Made by a program: the position numbers and the translations under genes. Below the pieces are notes generated by a model. The model was not told the DNA's origin. It was given only the letters and a program-made list of their open reading frames with translations, and searched no databases. This document shows, one piece after another, positions 25,056 to 38,268 of a stretch of DNA of 64,000 nucleotides; positions within the stretch are counted from its first letter, which is position 1; every line of letters starts with the position of its first letter. The DNA is from Mobula birostris (lineage: Eukaryota): contig NC_092380.1 of the NCBI RefSeq assembly GCF_030028105.1, positions 29,537,144-29,601,143 on the forward strand, read 5' to 3'.

Positions 25056-25308
25056 TTAAACATTTTCCCCAGTGTGAGCTTGCTTGTGCGTTACAAGGTT
25101 GGATGACAGAGTGAATCGGTTCTGGCAGTCTGGGCAGGTGAATGGTCTCTCCTCGGTGTGAACTGACTGGTGTGCATGTAGGGTGCGTAACAGAGTGAGC
25201 ACCTTTCCACAATCTGAGCATGTGATCACTCTCTCCTCAGTGTGAGGTGACTGGTGTGGTCGGTAGGTGGGATCAGTGAGTGTATCCCTTCCCCCACAGT
25301 CTGAGCTG
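25056..25308 (-). pseudogene. C2H2 zinc-finger gene 3' remnant (3 fingers, first disrupted)
   Basis: Manual translation: CSDCGKVLTLLRTLHAHQSVHTEERPFTCPDCQNRFTLSSNLVTHKQAHTGENV*. Confidence 0.85.
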
Positions 25309-25658
25309 CTAAATAGGGGCCACTCATTTCAAACGGAGACGTATGGAAATTTCTGGAATTCTATGTCTGAGTGTACAGTCTCTGGGATTCTCTACCCCTG
25401 TGGGTGGGGAGGCCTCATGTCTGGGTATATGTCAGGCAGAGATAGATAAATATTTAAGGAATTGAGAAACTGGTGGTTATAGGAACAGGTACAGGAGCTG
25501 GGATCAGTGACAATTGTGTGAATAACCACAAGACTATAAGATACAGGAGCAGAATTAGGCCATTCAGCACATTGAGCTTGTTCTGCCAATACACCATGGC
25601 TGATTTGGCATCCTTCTTGACACTATTCTCCTGTCTTCTCCCTGTAACCTTTGACACC

Positions 25659-26183
25659 TGTGACGATATCTGGAGTTATTCATTATGGACTGTGCTTTCA
25701 AAGAGAGAGAGAGAGAGTGTGCAGCTGTACAGCACAAACAACTTATTATTGAAAGAGACAGAGAGAAAAAGGCTGCTCACAGTTTGTCTGGGATTTTTGC
25801 AAGGACACTACCAGCTTCTGAGTTCCTACAGAGAGAAGGGAGGAGCTGCTTGATGGACACTGGTGTTCAGCACAACAGTATTTAAACCAGTATAATTCTG
25901 TGTTTTGCAGGACATGCAGAAGTTACCACTAGTGAAGTTACCACTATCCTGTTCAGGTGCCCACGAGTGTGGGACTGAGGATCGATTTTGAGGGATCAAT
26001 CTGTGATTATTAGTGTATGAAAGAGCGACACTGTGGAGTCTACCTGTGTGTCTATCTAACCTTTGCCTGGGTTGGTGGACTATCACTTGAAGACATTGCT
26101 CTTAAGTTGGTCAAGTTTGGCTAACTTGGAAGTCTCAGAGGACAATGGGAAGATTGGCATCAGCTCACCTGAAGAACTAGACA

Positions 26184-26225
<42 letters not shown>

Positions 26226-29200
26226 TCTCACACTCTCTAACTCAACTCAGCTCAACTCAACACCACAAACTGAACTGATTTCATTTACCAATCATTGTAA
26301 GGCTGTATCCATTTACCTCCTAAGCTTGAAGAAGCTTGGCTTTTACATATTTTTTCACTTATATATATATAAAATCATTGCTAACCTGTTTGATATCCAA
26401 GGTGTTTTCCATTTATGCTCATTCTTTAACCCGTTACGGGGTATGTAACAAAAATTGCGGCCTGCGTCTGGGATTTGAACAAATTGTTTGGGGCTTATTT
26501 GAAATGATTGGGGAAAATCCCTTTTGATTTGGTCATGTGGAAAAACAGCAGACATGGATGATCAGGATTTTCTGGTAGGGCCAGACCCTGTGGTTTTGAA
26601 GAGAGCTAAAAAGGATGAGTTGTGGAAAATTGTTGAGGAACTCGAACTTAAGGAGGTCAAGAAGGGTATGACTAAGGTAGAAATTCAAAGAAAAATAGTT
26701 GAATATTATATTTCGACGAAGCAATTTACTGAGGATGTGTTGAAAATGTTCGCAGAAGGTGAACCTACCAAGGCTGAGCTTTTGCATTACGTAAACACAA
26801 AATAATCTGCAGATGCTGGGATCAAAGCCATAGTCACAACATGCTGGAGAATCTCAGCAGGTCGGGCAGCATCCGTGGAAATGATGAGTCAACGTTTCAG
26901 GCCGGAACCCGAGTCCTGACGAAGGGTTCCAGCCCGAAGCGTTAACTCATCGTTTCCACGGATGCTGCTTGACCTGCTGAGTTCCTCCAGCATGTTGTGA
27001 GTGTTGCTGAGTTTTTGCTTTAGATAGCAAAATAAAGGATGAAGCATGAATTGCAATTAAAACGACTCGAGGCTAGGGAGGCAGCAAAACAGAGACAGTT
27101 CGGGAGGGAGATGTGGCAGCTGGGAGGTCCAGTGTTGGATCCTGATGATATTTGCAGCTCGAAAGAGCTTGTCTTGATTGAAGAAGTTAAGAAGTGTGTC
27201 CCCAATGATGTAAGGGAATACCAAGATGAAGAGGATGCCGCTACCTTGCGGGGGTCTGCTAAAACAGCAGACAAAGTTGTTTTAACCCACAAGGTTGAGT
27301 TTACTCCAGATCAGTTTTCTGGAGAGTAGCTGGGAGGTTCAGGGTAACCTTGAATTTGAAACTGGGACAAGTGATGACAGCCCAGAAGAGGCAGCTGTCC
27401 CGATTGCCTGTGTTCAGGTTGTTGAAGTACCTGTGGATTCACAGGGTACTAAACCTTGTGTTGAAGCTCAGTGAAGGTCTGAGGTGTCTGATTCGGTTGA
27501 CAAGGAATGCATTCCTTTTGTGTCAGGTGATCTTGGTTCAGTGAACAAGGGGCTAACCTTGGTACCAGTGGAAATTGAGGATTCTCCCAGTCACTTGTAT
27601 TAGACTGTGTTCTAAAAGTTGGTGATGAGATGAAAATTGCTGAGGTAAGTATTATTGAAGATATTGAGGAAAATGTTACTGGACTTTTGAATAAAGAACT
27701 TGTGAAGTTTGGATTGGTTTCATGACCTTTGACCCTGCTTTCAGGACAAGGGCCTGCTGAAGAAGTATGTGCCACTCTGCTGAATTTTGTTTTAACATTT
27801 GGATCTTCAAGGTTGTGGAGTTGCTTTTCACGATTGTGATGTGGAGTCAAAAGGATTGTTTTGGTTTTGAGAGGCCATTTGAAGAGGTTACTATGGAGAT
27901 GGATCGAGTTGAAGGTTGTAACAATGGAATAAATGGATTGTTTGGAATTTTCACAATATACATATGGTTTTCGTAAGTCTGGGGATATTGCTGAGTTTAG
28001 TAAACATTGGGGGTAGGTTGACACTTATCCAGGGTGATGTTTATTCAGCAGTGCAGCTAACGAGAAAGCCTGCTGCTGCTGAAGACCCAGCCATGGATAC
28101 TGATGTTCACCCCGCACACGCAGTAACTCGAAGCATGTCAAAAAAGTCTTCTAATGCTCATGATGATTTATCAGAGACTTTCCTACTGTCCCTATTCCAA
28201 AAGGACTTAGAGGGTAGTAAGGCTGATGAGAAAGGCTTGTCCTTATCTAGAAAGGAATTCATAGACGAACAGAAGCAAGGTTCTGAAGTTGTGGCTTTAA
28301 AGGAGACATCCCTCTCTGATGAAATTCAGAAAGAGTCAGTGGGATACTACCTTAAAGATGGGATGTTAATGAGGAAGTGGAGACCAACCACTGTGCCTGC
28401 AAGTGAGGATTGGTCTATTGTGAACCAAGTTGTGGTCCCAAATGTTTACAGGGCTGAAGTTTTAAACCTAGCCTATAATAACCCTTTAGGTGGACATTTT
28501 GAGGTAAAGAAGACAGTGCACAGGATTATGAGGGAATTTTATTGGCCCAGTGTGAGGAAGGATACTGTGAATTATTGCAAAATTTGCCATATGTGCCAGG
28601 TGGTGGGAAAACCTAATCAGGCCATCCCAAAAGCTCCACTTTGGCCAATACCTGCTTTTGGTGAACCGTGTTCCTGAATCATAGTGGATTGTATTGGCCC
28701 ACTGCCAAGAAGTGCAGCTGGCCATCAGTATGTGTTAACTAAAATGTGTGCCACTTCTATGTTCCCCGAGGCAGTTCCTCTTTGAAATATTAGGCTAAAA
28801 CAGTGGTGAAGGATCTCATGAAGTTTCTTACCATGGTTGGTTTGCCCAAAGAAGTTCAGTCCGGCCAGGGCAGTAACTTTACATCGGGAGTATTCCAGCA
28901 TATAGTTTCTGAGCTGGAGGCTAAACAAATTGTGTCATCTACATGCCACCCGGAGTCCCAAGGAGCCTTGGAATGGTTCCATTCCACTTTAAAGACAATG
29001 ATTAAAACCTACTGTTATGAGAATAACAGGGAGTGGGATGAAGGTATATACTTACTTCTCTTTGTTGTTAGAGACTCAATTCATGAATCATTAGGGTTTA
29101 GTCCGTTTGAGCTTGTTTTTGGTCACAGGCCCAGAGGACCTTTGACCTTGCTCAGAGAACAGTGGTCTGATCCGAAGGTATGTGTCAGTGTGCTGGATTA

Positions 29201-31020
29201 TGTTTTGGAGTTTCGAGATAGGCTTAACAAGGCTTGTGACCTTGCAAAGCAGAATTTGCGAAACTCTCAAATTAAGATGAAGTTCTGGTATGATTGGAAA
29301 GCGAGGTTTTGAAAATACAGGGGCTTATAATGATGATTTGGTTGTATGGAATGACACATGGGAAGAGCATATTGCAGCTGTAGAAAAGCTATTTGACAGC
29401 CTTTCTAAGGCCAATCTTACTGTTAACCTTGCCAATAGTGAGTTTGGTCATGCTACTGTTACTTATCTTGGCTACGTATTAGGCCAGGGCCAACTGGCTC
29501 CGGTACAGGCCAAGATTCAAGCTATTGCTGAGGTTCCCATTCTGATGGGCAAGAAAGCTTTAAGAAGGTTTTTAGGAATGGTTGGGTATTACTGTAAGTT
29601 TTGTAGGAATTTCGCAGATATCGCACTCCCTCTAACGAAACTACTTGGGAAGAGTGAAAGGTTTGTATGGAGTGAGCTTTGCCAGGAAGCCTTTGAACGA
29701 CTAAAAACTATTGTGTTACCAACTTGTGCTAAAAGCACCTGATTTTTCAAAACCATTCTCTATGGCGACAGACGCTAGTGATGAAGCTTCTCGAAGAAAT
29801 ATAACGTGCACCAGAAAAATTATTCCACTGTTGAAAAGGAGTTGCTATCACTCATTCTGCCTTTACAACATTTTGAAGTCTGTTTGTCGTGCCCAGAAAC
29901 CACTGGTGATTTACACGGATTGCAATCCGTTAGTGTTTCTAACTAAGATGAAGGATAAGAGTAGAAGTTTATTAAACTGGAGTCTGATCTTGCATGAATA
30001 CGACCTGAAAATAAAACATGTGAAAGGTACTGACAGCATTAGAGCTGATTGTTTATCCAGATGTTAAGTTAGAAATTGTACACATATTACTCTGCTGTCT
30101 GATAATTATACATGTATTGTTTCAAACTTTGTAATCTACTGTTAAACCAAAAATTCTGCTCTTTGATCAAAATTTTTCCCAAAAGGAGGGAGCCGTGACG
30201 ATATCTGGAGTTATTCATTATGGACTGTGCTTTTAAAATAAGAGAGAGAGCATGCAACTGTACAGCACAAACAACTTGTTATTGAGAGAAAGAGAGAGAG
30301 AGAGAGAGGCAAAGACTGCTCACAGTTTGTTGGGGATTTCTGCAAGGGCTGCCAGCTTCTGAATTCCTACACAGAGAGAGAAGGAAGGAGCTACTTGATG
30401 GACAGCTGGTGTTCAGCACAACAGTATTTAAACCAGTATAATTCCTTGTATCGCAGGACACACGGACGCACTAAGGTGTGGTGAAGTTACCACTATCCTG
30501 TTCAGGTACCCACGAATGTGGGACTGAGGAGCAATTGTGAGGGATTGATCTGTGATTATTACTGCGTGAAAGAGCGACCCTGTGGAGTCTACCCGAGTGT
30601 CTAACCTGTGCCTGCGTTGGTAGATTATCACTTGAAGATGGTGCTCTTAAGTTGGTCAAGTTTGGCTAACTTGGAAGTCTCGGAGGACAATGGGAAGATC
30701 AATGGGATCGGCTCACCTAAAGAACTAGACACCTCCCTCTCTTTCCAACACTACTCAATTCAATACCATGAACGGAACTGATTTCATTTACCAATCATTG
30801 TAAGGCTGTATCCATTTACCTCCTAAGCTTGAAGAAGCTTGGCTTTTATATATTTCCACACTTATATATATAAAATCATTGCTAACCTGTTTGATATACC
30901 TGCATTTATATTACTGTATTGTGTAGTTACTAATAAACGAACATTAGTTAACAGCAATACCAGACTCCAAGGTGTTTTCCATTTCTGCTGGTTATTTAAC
31001 TCATTATGGGGTACGTAACA
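25659..31020 (+). mobile_element. Gmr1-type Gypsy LTR retrotransposon, copy 1, defective, TSD CACC
   Basis: 5' LTR 25659-26450; tRNA-Pro-like PBS ~26455-26480; gag, INT (27964-29312), RT (AYNDDLVV 29290-29742), RH; PPT 30181-30192; 3' LTR 30194-31020. CACC at 25655-25658 and 31021-31024. Confidence 0.92.
26790..27005. mobile_element. Penelope-derived palindromic mini-element inserted in gag
   Basis: 77-bp imperfect inverted arms 26834-26910 and 26924-27000. ~17-bp flanking duplication at 26773-26789 and 27006-27022. Absent from Gypsy copy 2. Confidence 0.75.
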
Positions 31021-34000
31021 CACCCTTCCTAATCAAGAACCTATCAAACTCCACTTTAAATATATCCAATGACATGGCCTCCATGGCCACCTGTAGCAAA
31101 GAATATCACAGATTCATCACCCACTGGCTAAAGAAATTCCACATCTCTGTTCCAAAAGCTGTGCCCTTTGGTCCTGGACTCTCATCTGTACGGAAACATC
31201 CATTCTATCGAGGTCTTTCAATATTCAAGATCCTTCTCATTCTTCTAAGCTCCAGCAGCTACATGCCCAGGGCCATCAAGCACTCCTTGTACATTGACCC
31301 TTTCAGTCCCAGAATCATTCTCACTAAGTTCCTCTGGACCCTCAAACTATCCACCACCACCACAAATCTGGAATAGTCCATCAACCCCACCCACAAGTCT
31401 GCTACGCCTCCACCCCCTTGAAACTCTAACTGAGCTATATTTCCCTTTCTTTTGCCTCCCTCCTTTCTTAAAATGTGGAGTAAAATTTGCAGTTTTCCAG
31501 TCCTTCAGAATCATACCAGAATGCAGTGATTCTTGAGAGATCATTACTAATGCCTCCACAATCTCTTCCGCCTCCTGTTTCAGTGCTCAGCATACTAGTC
31601 CATCTGGTCCAGGTGGTTTGTCAACTTCTGCCCCCAACAGTTTCTGGCATATTCCTAGTTAGTCTCACTGAGTCGTGGCTGAAAGAAGATCATAGCTGAG
31701 AGCTTAAGATCCAAAGGTACACATTGTATCGAAAGGATAGGCAGTTAGGCAGAGAGGTTGGGGTGGCTCTGTTGGTAATAAATTAAATTAAATCCTAGAA
31801 AGAGGTCACATAGAATTGGAAGATGCAGAGCTCTTGTGAGTAGAATTAAGAAACTACAGGGGTAAAAATACCCTGATGGGAGTTTTAGACAGACCTCCGA
31901 ACGGTAGTCAGGATGTGGGAAACAAATTATATTGGGAGATAGGAAAGGGATATAATAAGGGCAATGTTACAATAGTCATGTGGAAACTCAATATGCAGAG
32001 CGATTGGGAAAATCAGGTTGGTGTTTCATCCCAAGAGATGAGGGAGGATATTGCTCGATGGGAAAAAGACACAGGAGAGGTAGTAATGGATGACAAAGAA
32101 ATGGGAGATGAACTTAATCAATATTTTGTGTTAGCCCTCACTGTTATAGACAACTAGAAGTCAGAAACAGTGTGCCAGAAATTCGAGAGTGTTGGAAGCA
32201 GAGTAAGGGTAGTTGCTATGACTAAGGGGAAGGTACTCGGAACGTTGAAAAGTCTGAAGGTAGATAAACCAACTAATCTGATGGACAACACCCCAGAGTT
32301 CTGAAGATTGGCTGACAGGCAGATTAAAGGAGGTCTTTTGGCTGCCGATGTCTAGTGATTTTCCACAGGGTTCAGTATTAAGATCACTCGTTTTCATATT
32401 ATAGGTCAATGATTAAGATGACAATATTGATTGCTTAGTGGCTACGTTTGCAGACAGTACAAAGATAAGTGGAGGAGCAGTAAGTGTTGAGGAAGCAGAG
32501 AGTCTGTAGAAGGGTTTGGACAATTTGGAAGAAGGAGCAAAGAAGTGGCAGATGTAATATAGTGCAGGGAAGTGCATGGTCATGCACTTTGGGAGAAGGA
32601 ATAAGGGTGTAGACTATTTTCTAAATGGGGAGAAAGTTCAAAATTCAGAGGTGCATAGAGACTTGGCAGTCCTTGTGCAGGATTTCCGAAAGGTTAACAT
32701 GCAGGTTGAGTTGGTGGTAAGGAAGGCAAATGCAACGTTCGTATTCATTTCAAGAGGTCTAGAATATAAAAGCAAGGATATAATTCTGAGGCTTTATAGT
32801 ACATTGGTGAGATTACACTTGGAGTATTTTGAGCATTTTTGGCCCCTTATAAAGTCATAGAAAAGTACAGCACACAAACAGGCCCATTGGCCCATCCTAG
32901 CCTGTGCCGAAACCAGTTAAATAGCTTATTCCGATCGACCTGCGCTGGGACCATAGTCCTTCATAACCCCACCATCCATGTACCTATCTAAACCTCTCTC
33001 AAACATTGAAATCAAGCTCGCAAGCACCACTTGCACTTGCAGCTCAATCCACACTATTCCAAACCTCTGAGTGAAGAGGTTCCTCCTCATGTTCCCATTA
33101 AACGTTTCACTTTTCACCTTTCACCCCAATCCATGACCCCTAGTTGTAATCCCACCCAACCTCAGTGGAAACATCCTGCTTGCATTTATCCTGTCTATAC
33201 CCCTCATAATTTGGTATACCTCTATCACATCTCCTCCCATTCTTCTATGTTCCAAGGAATGAAATTCTAAACTATTCAATCCTTCCTTTAACTCAGGTCC
33301 TGAAGACCCAGCACTGTCCTAGTAAATTTTTCTTTGAACTCTTTCAACCTTATTTACATTTTTCCTGAAGATAGGTGACCAAAACTGTACACAATACTCC
33401 AAATTAGGCCCCACCAATGTCTTTTCCAACTTCAAAATAACATCCTATCTCCTGTATTCAATACTTCGGTTTATGAAGACCAATGTGGCAAAAGTTTTCT
33501 TTACAAACCTATCCAAATATGATGCCACTTTCAATGGAATATAAACCTGTATTCCCAGATCCCTTTGTTCTACAACACTCCCAAGTGCCCTACCATTCAC
33601 GTGTAAGACCTACCCGGGTTGGTCCTACCAAAGTGCAACACCTCACACGTGTCTGCATTAAATTCCATATGACATTTTTCAGCCCATTTTTCCAGCTGGT
33701 CCAGATTCCGCTGCAAGCTCTGAAAGTCTTCCTCACAGTCCACTACACCCCCAATCTTGGTGTCATCTGAAAATCTGCTATTCCACTTAACCACATGTGT
33801 CATCCAGATCATTGATATAGATGACAAACAGCATCAGACCCAGTATCAATCCCTGCAGGACATCATTAGTCACTAGCCTGCAGTCAGAGAGGCAACCGTC
33901 TACTACCACTCTCTTGCTTCTCCCACAAAACTAATGCCTAATCCAATTTACTGCCTCATCTTGAATGCCAAGTGACTGAACCTTCCTGACCAGCCTCCCA

Positions 34001-34187
34001 TGCTGGTCCTCGTCAAATGCCTTGCTAAAATCCAGGTAGACAACATCCACTGCTTTAACCTAATTTCCTGCTACTTCCTGAAGAAGATATGCATGAGGTG
34101 ATGCTGGTTCTCCTTAATCAGTCCATGTCTAGTCAAATACTCGTATATCTGGTCCCTTAGAATACCTTTCAATAATCTTCCCACTAC

Positions 34188-35345
34188 TTCTGGCAAGATG
34201 CTGGTGTGACTGGTTGCAGCATCTTCTACGGGGTCAACAAAAGGTGCTAATGTTCTACTTAAACCTACTTCAAATGATCACAAGATATTGCTAAATGTTG
34301 AGAACTCAAAGTAGCTCAGGTGTGCACCATCAGCGAGTTGCTCATTGGTGGAGATAATGAAGGAGCTGCTGCCCAACTCGATGGAGGCTCACAGTCAAAT
34401 AGCGAGTGGCCGTTATGGTCGATTTTCTTGTGATCACAAGACCCCTTCCCTTTCGACATTGTTAATCTGGTACACCGCAAGTTCAGTTCGCTGATTTATT
34501 GGATGAGAGCGGGGCGGAGGCAGGGAATCTTGCTGACCTCGGTTGCAGCGATCACTCGGGCTGAAGACACGGTGTCACCTGTTTGCAGCCACAGGAGTGA
34601 AGGGACAAAGCCACGGTGCTTCACCGCGGGTGGTGTGGCACGGGATCCAGAATGGAATTGGCACTGCCCTCCCAGGGCTTTACTCGGCAGAAGACAAGCT
34701 CTGTTGAGGTCTGCTGCAGATTTGTTGGCATCACTCAATGGAATTGGGCCTCAAGCTGCAAAGTCACTTGATTTTCAGCCACTGGGGGCATGCGCTACAG
34801 GTGGAAGAGTAGCGCAGATGTGGTCAACTGAAGATTTCAATTGGAGTGCGGGGTCTGGACTATATACAGATATATTTGTCTGGTTGTATTGGGCATCGGG
34901 CATTGTGCCAGTCGAGAGATGATCTCAGAGGACTTGGAGGTCTGGATTATATACATACATATTCTGTGTTGTATTTTTACTAATATTCTATATGTGCCTG
35001 TAGATGCCAGGAGTGGTCCTCTAACCCACAATAACACCTAGTGGGTATTGGGGCAGATTGACAGATGATACTGAGGGGCTGTGGGGTCTGGACTATGTAC
35101 ATGCGTAATCTGCATCGTATTTTACTGATATTCTAAACGAGTTTGTTGATTTGTATGTGCCAGGCATGGGCATCAAGCTGCGATATTGTGGGGATGGGGA
35201 CCCTGGGATTCTTTTATTCCGTGAATGAGTTTTTGTATGTGACTGCTGTTAATGTGTTTTTAGCACCTTGACCTGCAGTAATGCTGTCTTGTTTGACTGT
35301 ATTCATGAGAATTCATGTATGGTTGAGGGACAATTGAACTTGAAT
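34188..35345 (+). mobile_element. Non-autonomous retroposon-like insert in CR1 (5' CAAGATG, 3' TTGAAC/TTGAA tail)
   Basis: Interrupts CR1 at CCCACTAC|TGACATC. Three internal repeats of GGTCTGGA(C/T)TAT. Second copy at 54861-56021. Confidence 0.55.
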
Positions 35346-38268
35346 TGACATCTGGCTCACTGACCTGTAATTCCTGTTTTATTTTCAGAACCTTTCTTAA
35401 ACATAGGAAGAACACTGGCTACCCTCCAGTCCTCTGGTGCCTCACTTACCCAAGAAAACATGTGCTGAGCACTAGAGAGGATCGAGAGGAGGTTCACAGA
35501 AATTATCCCGGGATTTAAAGTGTTAACATATGAGGAGCATTTGATGGCTCTGGGCCTGTATTCTGTGAAGTTTAGAAGAATGAGGGGGTCTCATAGAAAA
35601 CTTTTGAATATTGAAAGGCTTAGAGTGGATGTGGGAAGGATGTTTCAATAGTGGGGCAGACTTGGACCAGAGGGCATGCCTCAGAATATGGGGACATCGA
35701 TTTAAAACAGAGATGAGTTCTTCAATACAGTTGAGGGCCCTACTCATTTCCACAGATGCACCTGTGCTGTGCCTCCAGCTAAAGAGTTTTCTGTCACTGT
35801 TTCTCACCCAGAGCACAGAACAGTACAGCAGAGGAACAGGCCCTTCTTCCCACAATGTCTGTGCTGAACACAATGCCAAAGGAAACTGAATCTCTTCTGC
35901 CTGCATGTGATTCATATCTTTCCATTTCCCATCTAAAAGCCTCTGAAATGTCATAATCATATCTGCTTTCACCACTCCCCATGGCAGGCCGTACCACTCT
36001 GTAAATAAAACCAAATTACTTACCCTGCATAACTCCTTTAACTTCTCACCCTGTGATCTTAAAGCAATGTCTTCTCATGTTTGATATTTCCACCCTGGGA
36101 AAATGATCCTGATTCTCTATCCTATCTAGACCTCTCATAGTTTTATAAATTTCTATCAGATTTTTCTTCAGCTTCTTTCGCTCCAGGGAAAATAGTCCCA
36201 GTCCATCCAATATTTCCTTGTAACTCAAGCCCTCCAGCACAATCAATATTTCTGTGAGTCTTTCCTACATCTTTCCAGTTTAATCACATCTTTCCATTAG
36301 TGTGGTGTTGGAACTGCACAGGGAACTCTGGGTGTGGCCTAGTGAATGATTTGTAAAATATGATTTCCCAACTCCTCTCACAGCCTTTGCTGATGAAGGT
36401 AAACATGCTGTGCACCTTCGTCACTACCTTGTCTCCCGATGTTGCTACTTTCAGTGAACCAGGTACAATATCAGTATCCGAAGAGCTTGCTGTTCATTCA
36501 CACTCTCCAGGACCATGACATTCACTGTGTATGCCCTGGCCTGTTTTAACTTCCCAAAATCCATCTCTTCACTTGTCTGACACTGTAACAACAGTTCTCT
36601 GTTTCTCTGCACCAACCACCCAACAATAAACATCAATGCACCATTCACCATTGGCCACTCACTGTACCTGTCTGCTGTTTGTGTGTAACTCAACACCCAG
36701 ACCCCATGTACTTCACTCATGTGCAGTCTCGCTCCACATAAATTGTAGTCTCTCTTTTGATTCCTCCTACACGGGACAGAACCTCACATTTTCCCACATT
36801 AAACTCAATTTACTAAGTGTCCTCCCACTCACCCACCTCTCTGGTGGAGACACTGGCTTCATCATTAGCCGCTGCTGAAGTTGCTGAAGACCAGAATGTG
36901 CTATTGTCATTCAATTGTTTAAAAAGTGCAGCAAGGATAAGCCAGGGAATGACAGGCCACTCAGACTCACATCAGGAGTGGGGCATTTACTGGAGGGGAT
37001 TGTGAGGACAGAATCTACCAGTATTTGCACAGATGGAATCTGATTGTGAGGAGTTGGCATAGCTTTGTGTGTGTGAGGAATCGAGGCTGGGGACTTGTGA
37101 TGTGCCACGGGTGTCAGTGCTGGCACCCTTGTTATTCTTTTGTAATATAAACGCTATATTACAGACGCACAAGGTTTTTACCAGTAAGTTTGTGGAGGAC
37201 ACAAAATAAGGAGGTATTTTTGATAGTGAAGATGATTACAAGGAGATCTTGCTCAGTTACTGAAGTGTAAATGCGAATTGACGAATCGATTACAATTCAG
37301 ATGATGTATTTTGGAAAGTCAAACCAAGGCAGGGCGTATACATGGAATGGTGGGGAACTCGGGAGTGTCACGGGAGAGAGGGATTGAGAAGTACAAGAGC
37401 TTTGTTCATTGAAAGTGGCTTCACCAGCAGACGGGGCAGAGAAAGACGTGTTTAGCATCAGTCAGTCGCGGCGTTTAATCCGGGAGCTGCGACGTTATGC
37501 CGACAATTTATCTGCGCTGTGTTGCTCTGTGACCCTACCGGCTAGCTTAGTGTCATCTTCAAACTTACTACCCATGTCTTGTACACTCTCATCCAAATTC
37601 TTTATATAAAATGATGAAAAGCAATGGGCCCGGCACGTCACTACTCACTGATCTCCAGTCCCGTACACAACCTTCGACCATCACCCCTTGTCTCCTAACA
37701 TCAAGCCGAGTATCTATCCACTTCTACCTCTCCCTGGATTCCCGTGTCATCTAACCTTCCAGACTGCAGTTCCATGGGGACTTTGTCTAATTTATGTTTC
37801 ATTGATGCTTTTCTTGTGATGATATAATACGATGTGGCTGTGATACACTCACCAAATCTCTGGGTTACCTCTTCAAGGAACAAGAACAGATTTGTGAGAT
37901 TAATTGATGAATTGAACAGAAAAGTAGGGCAGTTTGGTGTCAATTCTATCGAATTTTGTTGATCAAACAGCAGGACACAGCAAATGGTCTTCATCTCCTA
38001 TTTAAACTGAACGTGCAGCCCACGTAAAGAGGAGATGAATCCAACCCAAACCAAGGGATCAGGGTGGTGAGGAGCGCCGGCCTCGGGGTGTTACTGATCT
38101 GGGAATCTACAAATAACACGCGATAATCCGGAGAGCAGGTCGAGCGGAGAGGAAAACCTGCGCTGGGAACGGTGCACCGGGCCAACAGTTGGTGCTGTGA
38201 AGGTACAGATCTGAACGGTGTGTCAGGGAGAGTGTGCTAAGAGGCCTGACAGCTTAGACTGGTATCAC

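Noticed and set aside
26455-26480. tRNA-Pro-like sequence
   Set aside because: It is the retrotransposon primer-binding site, not a tRNA gene.
34503-34922. 139-aa ORF repeated at 55176-55595
   Set aside because: Lies inside a retroposon-like insert. Identity reflects duplication, and there is no domain or gene structure.
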